Assembly: GCA_964016885.1 (NCBI GenBank)
Contig: OZ024748.1
Coordinates: forward strand, 29,078,001 to 29,142,000
DNA length: 64,000 nt
Reading direction: 5' to 3'
From: Eledone cirrhosa
Taxonomy: Eukaryota
Shown: piece after piece, positions 25,840 to 39,307 of the stretch
Numbering within the stretch: the first letter of the stretch is position 1
Layout: every line of letters starts with the position of its first letter
Translations under genes and position numbers: made by a program
Notes under the pieces: model-generated
Seen by the model: the letters and a program-made list of their open reading frames with translations, nothing else
Database searches by the model: none
What the model was told of the DNA's origin: nothing

Positions 25840-26216
25840 AACGATGGCTGGAGAGAAATGAAGCAAGCATTCTTGGATAGATATGTAATGTCAATGTGAG
25901 TGAACGACCAAGCATAAACGAGTTGAGAGTGAAACTGTGTATAAGAGGGATAAACTGTTGTGTGCGGGAGAGAATACTGCGTTGGTATGGCCATGTGATG
26001 TGCATTGAAGATGACCGCTGGGTGAAGTGCCAACAAATCCCGGTGGAAGGAAGGCACAGTAGAGGAAGGCTACAAAAAACATGGGCAGAGGTGGTGAGAG
26101 CAGACCTCAGATTGCTGAAGCTCACAGAGGAGATGATGATTGGAGAGATGCTGTGCTGAAAAGGACCTGTCCCACCCTTGCAAGCAAGGAAAAGTGGATT
26201 TAAATGATGATGATGA
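25840..26216 (+). mobile_element. RTE-type LINE 3' fragment
   Basis: LRWYGHV...RGRLQKTW followed by a (GAT)n tail. Confidence 0.8.
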
Positions 26217-26284
26217 AAACATTGGTCAACCTGAAGCTGTGAAAAAAGACACTTTCCCAAGGTCTCATACTGTTAGATTGAAAC

Positions 26285-26595
26285 GAATTTAGGTTGACAA
26301 TTGTTGTGTCATTTTCATAGACAATTTTGTCAATTTAGGTTGATAATTATGTCAATTTAGGTTGATAATTTTGTCGATTTAGGTTGACAAGTATCAATTT
26401 TGGTAGACAATTCATCATCATCACTATCATCATCATCGTTTAACATCTATCTTCCACGCTAGCCTGGGTTAGACGGGAATTGTCCCAATTGTCCCACAAT
26501 TGTTGTGTCAATTTTGGTACACAGTTGTGTTCATTTTGGTTGATGATTATTATGTTGATCTTGGTTGACAATTAGTGTGTCAATTTTGATTGTCA
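26285..26595. repeat. Degenerate ~21-bp minisatellite interrupted by a LINE/SINE tail
   Basis: Repeated tgtcaattt(a/t)ggttga(c/t)aatt. Confidence 0.65.
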
Positions 26596-26673
26596 TTTAA
26601 CAAGCTTTACATACAGAATGTTGTATGTATGGAAACTTTTGTGTGGACTTATTTGAAATATTAACATTTTTAG

Positions 26674-26728
26674 GCACTCTGTGAAGAGAAACTTATGGAG
26701 GAAAGTCAACCCATGGAAGATGGTCATC
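26674..26728 (+). CDS. SAFB: SAFB-like exon 4
   Basis: tttttag acceptor and c|gtaagt donor; ALCEEKLMEESQPMEDGH; phase 0 to 1. Confidence 0.68.
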
Positions 26729-26960
26729 GTAAGTATCACAATTATAAGATATAGATTTTCTATGTGTGTAGCTTCCTTTAATTTGTACAACTGACATGTG
26801 TGTAACACAGTATTATGTCATGTAGTAATGTGTATGTAATTGTATTTTAGACTGTTTAGATATGAATGTTGTTATGTGGTGGTGTGTGAGTAATTGTATT
26901 TTTAGGTTTAGATGTGTGTAACACAGTGTTATGTAGTGTAATGGTATTTTAAACTGTTTA

Positions 26961-27444
26961 CGAGGGGGCTTCAAAAAGTTTGTGGAAAAAGTACATAGGT
27001 AAAAATCATATGCAAGGATTTTGATCTCAATGCACCTGTATGTTCTTGTCATGACATGTTCTAACATAAACCCTTAGATGCATGTTGCAATGTGGTGGCG
27101 TCAGTCAGAAGTCAGCCCTTGCTTGAGCAACATGGTCTCCATCAAAACATCAAATTCATGGTGTGGAAGAGCAGTCAAATCATTGACACTCTGGAACAAG
27201 TTTATGGGGATATTGCCCCAAAGATATCAACAACCTACTATAAGTCATTTTAGATGTGGAAAAGATGAGGTTGAAAATGATTTCCAGCTGAAGATTTAGA
27301 AAAAGCTGCTTTGAGGTGGTTTAAATTGCATGACTCAGTTTTACACAGATGAACTTAAAGGATGGAGCATATGTTAAAAAACAAACATAATTTAAACAGT
27401 TTTTCCAACAATCCTTTTTCTGCGAACTTTTTGAAGCACCCTTA
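26961..27444. mobile_element. Internally deleted mariner-type element (MITE)
   Basis: Inverted ends ta|cgagggggcttcaaaaagtttgtggaaaa and ttttctgcgaactttttgaagcaccctta|ta. Confidence 0.78.
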
Positions 27445-27517
27445 TAGATGTATGTAACTCAATATTATGTTATATGGTGGTGTATGTCTTGATCTAATGT
27501 ATTATTTTAATTTCCAG

Positions 27518-27549
27518 AAAATGAACTTACTACAGACAACATGGATGAG
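27518..27549 (+). CDS. SAFB: SAFB-like exon 5 (32-bp microexon)
   Basis: tttccag acceptor and gag|gttggt donor; QNELTTDNMDE; phase 1 to 0. Confidence 0.62.
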
Positions 27550-27649
27550 GTTGGTGAACTTTATCAATATATTTTTATAAATTGATGTTTTCCTCTATAG
27601 ACACATACAATAGGTGCAGGCATGGCTGTATGAATAATCCTTTTGATAT

Positions 27650-28405
27650 TAACCCAACTATGACTGGCCCTGGTTCTATGATTCCAACCCAGCTAAGACT
27701 GGCTTTGGTTCTATGATACCAACCCAACCATGACTGGCTGTGGTTCTATGATACCAACTCAACTATGACTGGCTCTGGTTCTATGATACCAACCCAACCA
27801 TGACTGGCTGTGGTTCTATGATACCAATCCAGCTAAGACTGACTCTGGTTTTATGATACCAACCCCCAAGGTGACTCTGGTTTTATGATACTAACCCAGC
27901 TAAGACTGGCTCTGGTTTTATGATACTAGCCCAGATGAGACTGACTGTGGTTCTATGATACCAACCCAACCATGACTGGCTCTGGTTTTATGATACTAAC
28001 CCAGATGAGACTGACTCTGCTTTTATGATACTAAACCAACCAACTCTGGCTCTGGTTCTACTATACCAACCCAAGCAAGACTGACTCTGGTTCTGTGATT
28101 CCAATCCAGCTAAGACTGGCTCTGGTTCTATGATACCAACCCAACCATGACTGGCTGTGGTTCTATGATACCAACCCAACTATGACTGGCTCTAGTTTTA
28201 TGATACCAACCCAACCAAGGTGACTCTGGTTTTATGATACCAACCCAACCATGACTGGCTCTGGTTTTATGATACTAACCCAGATGAGACTGACTCTGCT
28301 TTTATGATACTAAACCAACCAACTCTGGCTCTACTATACCAACCCAAGCAAGACTGACTCTGGTTCTGTGATTCCAATCCAGCTAAGACTGGTTCTGGTT
28401 CTGTG
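27650..28405. repeat. 35-bp minisatellite, about 21 copies
   Basis: Unit gactggctctggtt(c/t)tatgataccaacccaaccat. Confidence 0.9.
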
Positions 28406-28719
28406 GCACAAAACCACCCATTTTAAAGGGTTCCTAAATAGATTAATATCTTCTAACATAATGTTATATAAGAACTATATATTAAATTACTTAAAATTCT
28501 TCATTAATTAATTGAAATAGAATTTATTTCATTATAAATGTAGTGACCTAAGGTTTAAGGAATTCACTTTGCAACAATGTGGTACCTTAGGCAAGTGTCT
28601 AATAAGGGGTAACCATGGGTATTATAGTAATACCAGGATGATACAGGAGAAATAACATAAGTCTTGAAGATCACTGGAGTGCTAAAGCTACAGTTAATCC
28701 TTTAAACATTATACATTCT

Positions 28720-29714
28720 GTAGTTTCCGTTACCTGGGTGACTAAATTAGCAGTGGAGGTGGATGTTCCGAAAGTATGTTAGAGTGAGAACGGGATGTAG
28801 AAAGTTCAGGGAGCTGCTAGCCACAAAAATATTTTTTCCTCAAAATGAAGGACATGTTATGATGCGTATATTCGAACAGCAATGTTGCATGGCAGTGAGA
28901 CCTGGGTGCTGTGTGCAGAGGACCTATGAAGACTGGAAAGAAATGAAACTTCCATGTTTCGATGGTTGTGTAATAATAATATACATGAATGACAAGAGAG
29001 AACTGGGTATAATAGAAGTCAGATGCAGTGTGCAGGAGAGGAGAATGCACTGGTATAGACATGTGATGTGTATGAAGGATGACAACTGTTTAAAACGGTG
29101 CAGGGGGCTCAAGGTTAATGGAAGCTACAATGTAGGAAGACTTGGGATGAGGTGGTAAAAGCTGACCTCTTGAAGGCAATGACACAGAATCAAGATCTCT
29201 AACATTATGAAGCAATACAGAAGACCCGCCTTTACATGTGCACGAGTTGAAGCATACATCTTGTACGCACTACTTTACCCCTCCCGCTTCCATACATCTC
29301 CACGCCCTAACAACACTCTCCCGTCCACGTCCCTCCCTCTCTTGCACCTTCCATGTCCTAATACTTCACCCATGCCTGAACATGCCTCTGGATCTAACCC
29401 CCCTTCCTCAGTCCCCTGCTGATACTGTAAAGTAATTGTGATGGCAACATAACAAAAAGTCCCTAGCCCACACTGTAAAGTGGTCGTGTAGATGACACAA
29501 CAAAAAGTGCTCAGCCCAGACTGTAAAGTGGTTGTGTAGGTGACATGATAAAAAGCACCCAGCACACGCTGAAAATGTGGTTGGTGTTACGAAGGGCATC
29601 CAACTGTCGAAACTGTATGAGCATGTCATGGTTGTCAGACCTGGCTTCTCTCACAACTGGGCAACTCTAACCTATGCTAGCATGGAAAATAAATGTTGAT
29701 GATGATGATGATGA
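28720..29714 (+). mobile_element. RTE-type LINE 3' end with long 3' UTR and (GAT)n tail
   Basis: RVRTG..KFRELL and QERRMHWYRHV, then cactgtaaagtgg repeats and the tail. The tail ends 35 bp before exon 6. Confidence 0.78.
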
Positions 29715-29748
29715 TTCCTCTCTCATTATATTTTGTTTGAATTTTCAG

Positions 29749-29940
29749 AAAGAAACAGAGACATCTGATGTGGCATTGGCTGATGTCTTTCTAAACACCA
29801 CCAATCCTGATATTACTGACAATCAGATACTTTCAAGTGATACAAAACCATCAGATATGTTGGTAAATGACACCCTTGATAAAGTCCAGCTTGTGGAAGA
29901 GCTACCTGATACAAAAAAAGAAACTAATACTGTTTTGAAG
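29749..29940 (+). CDS. SAFB: SAFB-like exon 6 (acidic linker)
   Basis: ttttcag acceptor and aag|gtaaat donor; KETETSDVALAD...KKETNTVLK; 64 codons. Confidence 0.8.
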
Positions 29941-30020
29941 GTAAATCTACTTTTGTTTTACATGTTAATACCTTAACCCTTTCATTACCAAATTTTTAAT
30001 TTTTAAAATCATTTTCAAAA

Positions 30021-30504
30021 CTAGCAGAAAAACCACCCTTCGGGTGGTTTTCTGCTAGTATGTGTAGTGTGTATATTGATATTATACGCAAGTATATATG
30101 CATGTAGATATGATACATCAAATAAAATCGTAATTGACAATATACACAGAAATTGAACGAAGACTGCATTACACTGTCTTCTGTAATCAATAACGTAATC
30201 CATGATACATTAAAAAAAGACAATATTATATATAAACTGCTTTAGGAGAAAATTAGTGACGGACATATATGAGTGTTTATTTAAGCGATCGCTAACCGGA
30301 AGTGTTGACATTTGTAAAATTTTAAAGAAGTGAATCTTTAAATAAGCAATAAAATATATTTAATCAACAGCTACAAAATTTAGTAGATAAATTATGTAAT
30401 ATTTATTCATTATTTATTCAAAGTAATCCAACTTATTTTACAAACGGGGTAAAAAGAAATAAAGTGTACGCAGTCCCGCACTCCTTACTTTATTATAGTT
30501 TAGA
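30021..30504 (-). mobile_element. Non-autonomous Helitron
   Basis: The - strand begins A|TCTAAACTATAATAAAG and ends in a hairpin plus CTAG|T. The body matches 52368-52735. Confidence 0.75.
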
Positions 30505-30815
30505 TAATGAAGAATTTGGAGATATTTAGTAAGACGACTGACTTTCTTATTATTAAGCTGGTGTTCAGAACATAACTAAGTTTCTTACATAAAATTATTA
30601 TGGAATGTTATTAAATAAATACAAACACTTTAAAATAAATTAGTTTGTATTATAGAAGTAGATACATTTCAACTATGATAAACTGTTAAAATTACTAGCC
30701 ACAAATTAATAAATTAATCCTTTTGATACCAATCCAAATAATTTATTTCTACTATGTCCATGTATTGTATATCATCAGTTGTTGTTGTTATCAGATATCT
30801 TCTTCTCTATTTTAG

Positions 30816-30849
30816 GAAGAAGCTGATGATACATTAAAGGATACCACAG
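30816..30849 (+). CDS. SAFB: SAFB-like exon 7 (34-bp microexon)
   Basis: ttttag acceptor and cag|gtagga donor; EEADDTLKDTT; phase 0 to 1. Confidence 0.7.
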
Positions 30850-31368
30850 GTAGGAAATTTCAGATTCAGTAAATTTTTAGAATAATCTGCTTATTGTTGT
30901 TATACTTTAGTTGATTTTCTTTCAGTTGTTTCAGCCTCTCTTCTTTCTTCTCCCATAAAAAAATAATAAAACTGGTCGAAATATAATATTTACACAAACT
31001 GTCCTTATGTTATAAGTGAAATTTTATATTAATTTTGTGACTATTTAAGCTAGATACAGACTGTAATTTTATCCGTGAGGTGTTGTAAGAAAAACGGTTT
31101 ATACAAGACTAGGAGGAACTATATTGGTTCAGTGTATGATAATCAACTACTAATCCAGTTTGTAATGTTATTTAACTCTTAACATCAAAGAAAATCAATC
31201 CTATTTCTTCTGATGTCTGTATTCAGGAATAAATTGATGTACAAATATATAATGTTAAATAATATTTAATAATTATATTATTATTAACTCATGACAACAG
31301 ATCCTCAAACAAATGTTCAGTGGGGAGCAGCAGTTCATTTCTGTTATAATATATGATATATATATATA

Positions 31369-31590
31369 TCATCATTCTTTAACGTCCATCTTCCACGCTA
31401 GCATGGGTTAGACGGTTTTGTTCCATTTGATGCGGGAATGGTTGGGAGTCCATGTCTCATTCGCATGGAAGCGTCTCTGGCAGGTTTTTTTACAGCTGGA
31501 TACACTTCCTAACACCAACCACATTTACAGTGTGGGTTGGGAGCCTTTTCACTGTGTCTCCTACGCAGCCACATTACAGTATGGACTGTT
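31369..31590 (-). mobile_element. LINE-tail/SINE-like repeat
   Basis: Reverse complement of 6500-6678. Confidence 0.75.
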
Positions 31591-31669
31591 GTGTCATCGA
31601 CACAGTAGACGGAATGGGAGAGGGAGGGTGGGGTGTACATTGAGTTAAGAGGTGCCTACTGACTGTAGG

Positions 31670-32949
31670 TTTGTATGCAATGGCAGTCGAGTCTTCTGTA
31701 CAACTGCATGGAGAAGAATAAGCCACTATACTTAGCTTTTGTTGACCTAGAGAAGGCCTTTGATAGGGTACCCTGATCTGTCATCTGGTGGTCCCTAACG
31801 AAACTAGGTGTAGAGGAATGGCTTGTGAGGACAGTGCAAGTTATGTACAGAGATGCTGTCAGTAAAGTGAGAGTGGAAATGGAGTTTAGTGAGGAATTCC
31901 AGATACAAGTAGGAGTACATCAGGGTTCAGTCCTCAGCCCGCTCTTGTTCATTATAGTCCTTCAAGCCATAACAGAGAAGTTTAAGACTGGCTGCCCATG
32001 GGAACTTCTCTATGCTGATGATCTGGTTCTTATAGCAGAATCAGTAGAGGAGCTAGAGAATAAATTCTGGCTATGGAAACAGCAGTTGGAATCAAGAGGA
32101 CTGAGAGTGAACCTAGCTAAGACAAAAGTGTTGATAAGTAGAAAAGGGGACAAAACTCTGATTCCATCAGGGAAATAGCTATGTTCGATGTGTAGAAAAG
32201 GAGCTGGCATAAATTCTATAAAATGTACACAATGCAGATTTTGTATAAACAAGAGATGTAGTGGAATAGCAGGCAAATTAACAAGTAGGGAAAACTACAT
32301 ATGCAGTAGAAGTCGCAGTGATACACACATTTTTCAAATGCAGGTAGGGTCTATAGAAGTGGTTGATAGCTTCCGGTATCTGGGTGACCAGATTAGCATG
32401 GGAGGGAGATGTTCCGAGGCCATAGTATCTAGAATAAGGACGGGTTTTAAGAAGTTTAGGGAGCTGCTTCCTCTGTTGAAAAAGAAGGGTTTCTCCTTGT
32501 GTACGAAAGGCCATTTATATGATGCCTGTGTGAGATGCACGATGTTGCATGGTAGTGAGACATGGGCAGCAACTGCAGAGGATATGCGACGGCTGGAGAG
32601 AAATGAAGCAAGCATGTTCCGTTGGATGTGTAATGTCAATGTGTGTGAGCGATCAAGCATGGATGATTTGAGAGAGAAACTGGGTATAAGAGGGATAAGT
32701 TGTAGTGTGTGGGAGAGAAGACTGCGATGGTATGGGCATGTAATGCGCATGGAGGATGACCGCTGAGTAAAGAAGTGCCAAGAAATCCCTGTAGAAGGAA
32801 GACGCAGTAGAGGAAGACCACGAAAAACATGGGTGGAGGTCACGGAGGAGATGACAAAGGAGCGTGACATGTGGAGAGATGCTGTGCTGAATAGCACCTG
32901 TCCCACCCTTGCAAGCAGGGAAAAACGGACGTAAAATGATGATGATGAT
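31670..32949 (+). mobile_element. RTE-type LINE RT and 3' fragment
   Basis: GVHQGSVLSPLLF, YADD, Cys-rich insert, LRWYGHV and a (GAT)n tail. Confidence 0.88.
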
Positions 32950-33092
32950 ATATATATATAATGTATATGCAAGGTGTGTCAGTTTTGTTTATGACATTTG
33001 CATGAATTTAGGAAAAGATGCATACACATCAAAGAAATGCTATATTTATATACAAATTGGTACAAATATTATTTACAATACATTTATGATAT

Positions 33093-33500
33093 CTATTCAA
33101 TGAATCCTCTGTTAGCTTCAATGACTACTTCAATATGGGGTCTGAAGTGTTGGCATGCCCAAATCAGATGACTTCTATCAATACTGGAAATTGTGTTGAT
33201 AATGGCAGACTTGAGATATTCTATAGTGTTGTGAGGGTGACAGTTGACCTCTCTTTCAACTATGCCCCCTACGCAATAGTCCAGGAGAATGAGGTCTGGC
33301 AGGCTACAAGGCCATGTGTCTGGAAGAACGTGGTCATGGAGATTGTCATGCATCCATGCTTGTGTCATTTATGAGAGAGCAGAGTTTGTTGGAAGACGAA
33401 CGGTCTTCCGTGGCTTACCCTGTCTATCCAGAGCTTCACAACTGACTCCAACGCCTCTTTATAGACAGCATCATTGACTCTTAAGGCCATAGAAAAAAAA
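33093..33500 (-). mobile_element. Tc1/mariner (maT-like) transposase C-terminal remnant
   Basis: WPCSLPDLILLDYCVGG and RPHIEVVIEANRGFIE. Confidence 0.72.
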
Positions 33501-33535
33501 TGAGGAGGTATGACATCTCCCTTGACACCCAGAAC

Positions 33536-35250
33536 CATCACATCATCATCATCATCATCGTCACCGTTTTACGTTCATTCTTCCATGCTAGCATGGGTTA
33601 GACAAGTTGTCCTGTTGTGGGCAATGCCAGATCAGATGACCATTTCATGCTTGTACAGAACTGATTTTGGCTTGATTTCTACAGCTGCATGCCCTTCTTA
33701 ACACCAACCTCATTTACAGTGAGTACAGGGTGCTTTTTATTGTGGTGCCTACACAACCATTTTACAGTGGGAAGGGAGTGGGGGCATACTGTTTATATAC
33801 TTCAGCTTCGGCTTGTACCCGTGGGAAGTCGGGTCTTCTGTATTACTGCATAACACCAGAGGTCTCAGTCCTGTGTCATTGCCTTTGAGAGGTGCACTTG
33901 GGCAAGATCAGGTTTTATCACTTCATCCCAGGTCTTCTTGGGTCTCCCCATTCCAAGGCTTCCATTGACTTTTAGCACTCTGCACCTTTTTATGCATGTA
34001 TCATCCTTCATACGCATCACATGTCTATACCAATGTAATCTCCTTTCCTGCATACATCATTTGATTCCTCGTATTCTCAATTTGTTTATGCTTGGCCTTT
34101 CACATGTATTGCTATTACGTATTCATCAGGGCATGCAAGCTTCAATTCTTTCCAATCTGCACAAGTCTTCTGCACACAACACCCAGGTCTCACTACCATT
34201 GCTGTTCATATGCATGCATCATACAGTCTGCCTTTCTTTTTGAGGGAAAAGCCTTTTGTAGCTATCAGTGGTAGTAGCTCCCTGAACTTCTTCCAACCTG
34301 TTCTTACCCTGGCTACTGTACTTTTGGAACACCCACCTCTGCTGCTAATTGGGTCACCTAGGTAGCAGAAGCTGTCTACTGTTTCTACTGAGCCCTCCCA
34401 GAATTTGGTAGTGTTTGTTTCCTGTAATCATTTGCTGCTTACTGTCCCAGTGCAACTGCTACATGTAAAACTTAGATTCTTAACTAAACTTTCTGAGATC
34501 CCACTACATCTCTTGTGTACCCATAGTTTGCATTTGGAGCAGAGGATTAATTTCTACCTATACCTTTCCTATATACTGAGCAAGGCCATTTCCCCGAGGG
34601 GATCAGGGTTCTGTTTTCTCTTCTAATTACTAGGACCTTAGTCTTTGTCAGGTTGACTTTTAGACCATTTCTTTCTAAGCCCTGCTTCCATGTTTGGAAT
34701 TTCTTCTCTAGTTCCACCATAGATTCAGCTATGAGTGTGAGATCATCTGCATACAGGAGTTCCTATGAGCAGCCGGTCTTAAACTCCTCTGTTATAACCT
34801 GTAGTATAATGATAAACGGGAGAGGGCTAAGAACAGAGCCCTGGTGTACACCAACCTGTATGCTAAATTCCGCACTATAGTCATTGTTAACCCTAATTTT
34901 ATGAACTGCTCCCCTATACATGACTTATACAGCCTTCACAAGCCACTCATCTACTCCTAGTTTTCTAAGAGCCCACCAGATTATAGCATGGGGCACTCTG
35001 TCGGAAGCTTTTTCCAGGTCGACAAATGCCAGGTAGAGCAGCTTACTTTTAGCTACGTACTTTTCCTGTAACTGCCTCACAAGGAAGAGAGCATCAGTGG
35101 TGCTTTTGCCTGGCACAAACCCAAATTGCATCTCATCTAGGTTTATGTGGTCCCTATTCAGCTGTGATATAACTCTTTCTGTTACTTTCTTGACCTGGTA
35201 CATCAGCTTTATACCTCTATAGTTTCCTCTATCTAGTGCATCTCCTTTAC
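33536..35250 (-). mobile_element. RTE-type LINE, 5'-truncated
   Basis: QFGFVPGKST, AFVDLEKA and QERRLHWYRHV, with a 3' UTR and (CAT)n on the + strand at 33536-33560. Confidence 0.85.
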
Positions 35251-35279
35251 ACAGTCACTGGAAATTTGATGTGCATGAC

Positions 35280-37840
35280 TGTTGGAACCTCATCTACCTT
35301 TCATTTTTAGAGTGAAACCTTTCGTGGCCAACAGTGGTATTAGCTCTCTTAACCTTTTTCATCCTGTTCTTACTCTGGCTACTGTACTTTCAGAACACCC
35401 TCCTCCACTGCTGATTTTATCACCCAAATAACGGAAAGTGTCTACTATTTCTATAGAACAATCTGGGCAGTTGAAGAAGCTTGTATCCAGTGGACACTTG
35501 CTACTTATTGCACCTAAGCATCAGCCACATATAAAACCTACATTCTTTGATAGCTTGCCTGTGATCCCACAACATCTTTTATATACCCATAGCTTGGATT
35601 TGGGACATAGAATGGAATTTCTACCTACTCCTTTCCTACACACTGAGCAAGGCCATTTCCCAGAGGGAATCTGTGCCCTGTTTTCCTTTCTACTCACTAG
35701 AACTTTAGTCTTAGACAAGTTAACTAATTCTAGGCCATGCTTCCAGGTTTGGAATTTCTTCTCTAGTTCTGTCAGATTCAGCTATGAGAGCTAGATCATC
35801 TGCATACAGAAGTTCCCATGAGCAGCTGGTCTTAAATTCTTCTGTTGTAGCCTGTAGGGCAATAATAAAGAGGAGGGAGCTAAGGACAGAGTCTTGATGA
35901 ACACCAACTTTTACACTAAATTCTTCACTATATTCATTGTTAATTCTAACCTTGTTGACTGTTCATATATATATATATATGTGGCTTGTATAGCTTTCAC
36001 AAGCCACTCATCTACTCCTAGTTTTCTAAGAGCCCACCAGATAATGGAGTGGGGGGGACTCTGTCAAAGGCTTTCTCCAAGTCAACAAAAGCTAAGTAGA
36101 GGGGTTTTCTGTTAGCTAGGTACTTCTCCTGTAATTGCCTTACAAGGAAGAGAGCATCCATGGTACTTTTACCTGGCACAAACCCAAATTGCATTTCATC
36201 TAGATCAATTTGGTCCCTAATCAGCTGTGCGATAACTCTTTCTGCTTTGCCTGTCTTCATATATTTGATTGCCTTACTTACTATACTTCCACTAACTTGC
36301 GCAGCTGGTCCCTCTGTTGGATCAACTTGGGACAAACTATTTTTATCCCATTCATTCTCCTCATTTAGTTGTCTCTCGTAGTGGCACTTCCATGCTACCT
36401 TCTTATCAATATCAGTGAGGGCAAGTACACCATTACGGTTACACTTCTCCCCAACAATATCAGAATTTTCCTTGACATATTGCCTTGCAATCCTGAACAC
36501 TTCATGTTTTTGGTCCTTGCGTTGTAGAAGATGCTTGAACTTTCTATCCTCTGCTTCCCTTCTTATAAAGTACACTTGTCTCCTGGCTTCTCTCCTGGCC
36601 ACCTGATGTGTTCTCTACTTCCCCCACCCTGCCATTCTTTCCAAGCCAGCCTTGTGGCCTTAATTGTCTCCTCCATCCTACTGTTCCACCACCAAGTCAC
36701 TCTCCTCCTTGTTAAAGGTCTGCTCCAGCCAAAGATTTCATCTGTTGCCTTCAGGAGGTTATCTTTCAGGAATTTCCACTGCTCCTCTATATTGTATGTC
36801 TCTAATTGCTCTTCCTTACTGTCAAAAGCATCAAGTAATATGCTCTTAAATTTGTTTGAGTGTTGTGGGGTCCTTCAACTTCCACATTCTTCTCCTCAAG
36901 GTTGTGCTCTGTCGTCGAGTATGTCTAGTCCTGACTATGAGGTCACTAACTATTAGGCTATGTTGGGAGGTGCATTCTTCATCAGGGAGGGACTTAGTGT
37001 TTACAACAGACACTCTGTCTCGTCTTCTTGTAAGGATAAGATGGCTGGTTTGCTTCCCTGATCTAGTGATTGTCTCGTTTTTTGAAGTTTGTCTTACAGA
37101 TAGTTAAATTATTAGCGTCACAGAATTCCAGAGTTCTGAAGCCTTCCTCATTTCTATTACCAAACCCATAGCCTCCATGGATCTCGTCATAGCCATCACA
37201 ATGTTGTTCAACATGACCATTAAGGTCGCCAGCAATAATTATGTAGTCACTGTTGGTTATTGGGGAAGTAGTGAGCATTAGCAAATCATAAAACCTGTCT
37301 TTTATAACATCTGGTAGACCAGATTGGGGTGCATAAGCATATATAATTGACACAGTTGTTCTATTTAGAACTAGTCTAATTTTAATTATTCTGTTCATTC
37401 TATTTACAACAATTCCCTTATCTACCCATTTTTCTGCTAACATAATTCTTACTCCACCCAGCCCATTGTCATTTCCCATCCAGAAAAGTTTATAGCATCG
37501 TTTTTTGCCCACAATGAATTTAGCTGACCCACCCCGCCACCTAGTCTCTTGAACACAACAAACATCAACTTCCTTGCATTCAAGCATCTCTACAACCTCA
37601 TTTGATCGACTTTTCAATGTGCCTACATTCATAGTACCAACTTTGAAGTGTTGGAGTTCGCTGGGAGGGAGGAAGGAATGAGATGGGGCTAGCGGAGAGG
37701 AGTGGGAGATGGACTTATGCTGGTTTTGGTCTTCCATGTCTGAAATAAAGAAGGGTGTTTGCTTGCTCGTCCGTAGACGGGAGGTGAATTCATCTTTGTC
37801 ATTGTGAGTGCTCCGACTCTCCATCTCTGTAGTCCATTCA
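35280..37840 (-). mobile_element. RTE-type LINE 5' portion (endonuclease and RT), decayed
   Basis: GTMNVGTL, CVQETRW, YAPQSG and GDLNGHV (ORF 37063-37824), plus RT pieces at 35521-36602. Confidence 0.87.
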
Positions 37841-38154
37841 TTATACAGTACAACAACCAGGTCTAAAGTTATGTAGTAGTAGCCAAAGTGGTGGCTTTGC
37901 GATAGAGATTTGTGTTAGTGAAACCTTACTATGAACCAGTGAGTTTTGATTCGACCAAATAACTATGATGGTGTGTGTATGTGGGGGGGGGGGGGGGGGG
38001 GCGTGAGTGACTTTAGGAGATGGAAGCATGATGTTTTCAATCGTGGGAAATAATAAATAATAACAATATGAACAAAACGAAATCAGTCTAAACGACAAAT
38101 ATGACCAAACAAACTAGACAGAGAAAGAGAGATTATAAAGGAATTACATCATTA

Positions 38155-39147
38155 TCTATAAAAGGCAGGTTGTTGTTGTTGTGTGTGTGTGCATGTTCCA
38201 TGTTTATACATTTGCACAATTTCAAACCGATTTGACTCAAAGTCTGTAAGAAAGTTGTAAATGGTCTAACTTAGGTCAACGACTATTTATTTCATTCAAA
38301 CTCACCCACAATTATCGAAATAATCGATAAAACTAAATACATGACGCTTTACCCCTCTAATATAATCTGATTTACTCTCTCTACTCCCTTTAAAATTCGA
38401 TAAAACTATATACATGCTTACAAACTTCCTTTAGGAACGCCGAAGAGAGGGAGAGAGAGAGAACGTTTGTTTTTGAGTGTGGAACGGTCAAACATTTATT
38501 TACTTCAATGACAAAGAGAACTTATTACATTTCATACGAAACAACAATTATTCAAAAGCAACCGATAAATTTATTCAACAACAACAAAAATAGCGATAAA
38601 TCTTTTTTTAAAACCTCTCAACAAACGTGGAAGAAAGAAGTATCAGTTTATTTACTATACACAATAATATCCTCAATGAGGTCACTAAACCTGCTAGAAA
38701 CAGCAGCTAACTCTCCTCCATATCACACCACTCCCTACTGTCTTAAATTTAGAAAACATATCCTCTATGAGGTCAGTAAACCTGCTAGAAACAGCAGCTA
38801 ACTCTCCCCCATATCACACCTCTCCCTACTGTCTTAAATTTAGAAAACACACATTAGACAACCATGCAGAACAACTCCATCGCAGCTCTGTTGTTCAGCT
38901 GGCATCGTCTACGCGCATGTTGCGCAAGTACTGTGAAACAATAAATTTCAACACTTCTTTGCACAGAGATAATATCCATAGGCAAAACTGCAATTGTCAC
39001 TGCTGGCGCAGCTCCTGCTTCGGCAGTCCAGGTCGGCAATTCATTCACCCAGTGCCTGGCAGACAAAAAAGTGCTGCCATAAAATGGGTGGTGCAACCTA
39101 ACTTTGGTAACTTACTGACCCCGAGCAACGCCGGGCTTTAATGCTAG
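38155..39147 (+). mobile_element. Non-autonomous Helitron
   Basis: Starts A|TCTATAAAAGG and ends in hairpin cccgagcaacgccggg plus CTAG|T. Contains a ~90-bp direct duplication at 38677-38850. Confidence 0.68.
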
Positions 39148-39307
39148 TTACTGATAAACCTCAGGTCGATAGAAGGGTCAGATGAATCTAGAAAGATCTA
39201 AGCAAGTGAAATTTTATATATATATATATATACTTAAGGTGAATATTGGTGCAATTCAATTCAAGCACTCAACGTACTTTTTCCACATAGGAGTGACGGA
39301 GTATATT

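Noticed and set aside
37983-38001. Poly-G run as a functional G-quadruplex
   Set aside because: It is an isolated homopolymer in repeat-derived intron sequence with no supporting context, and its length is error-prone.
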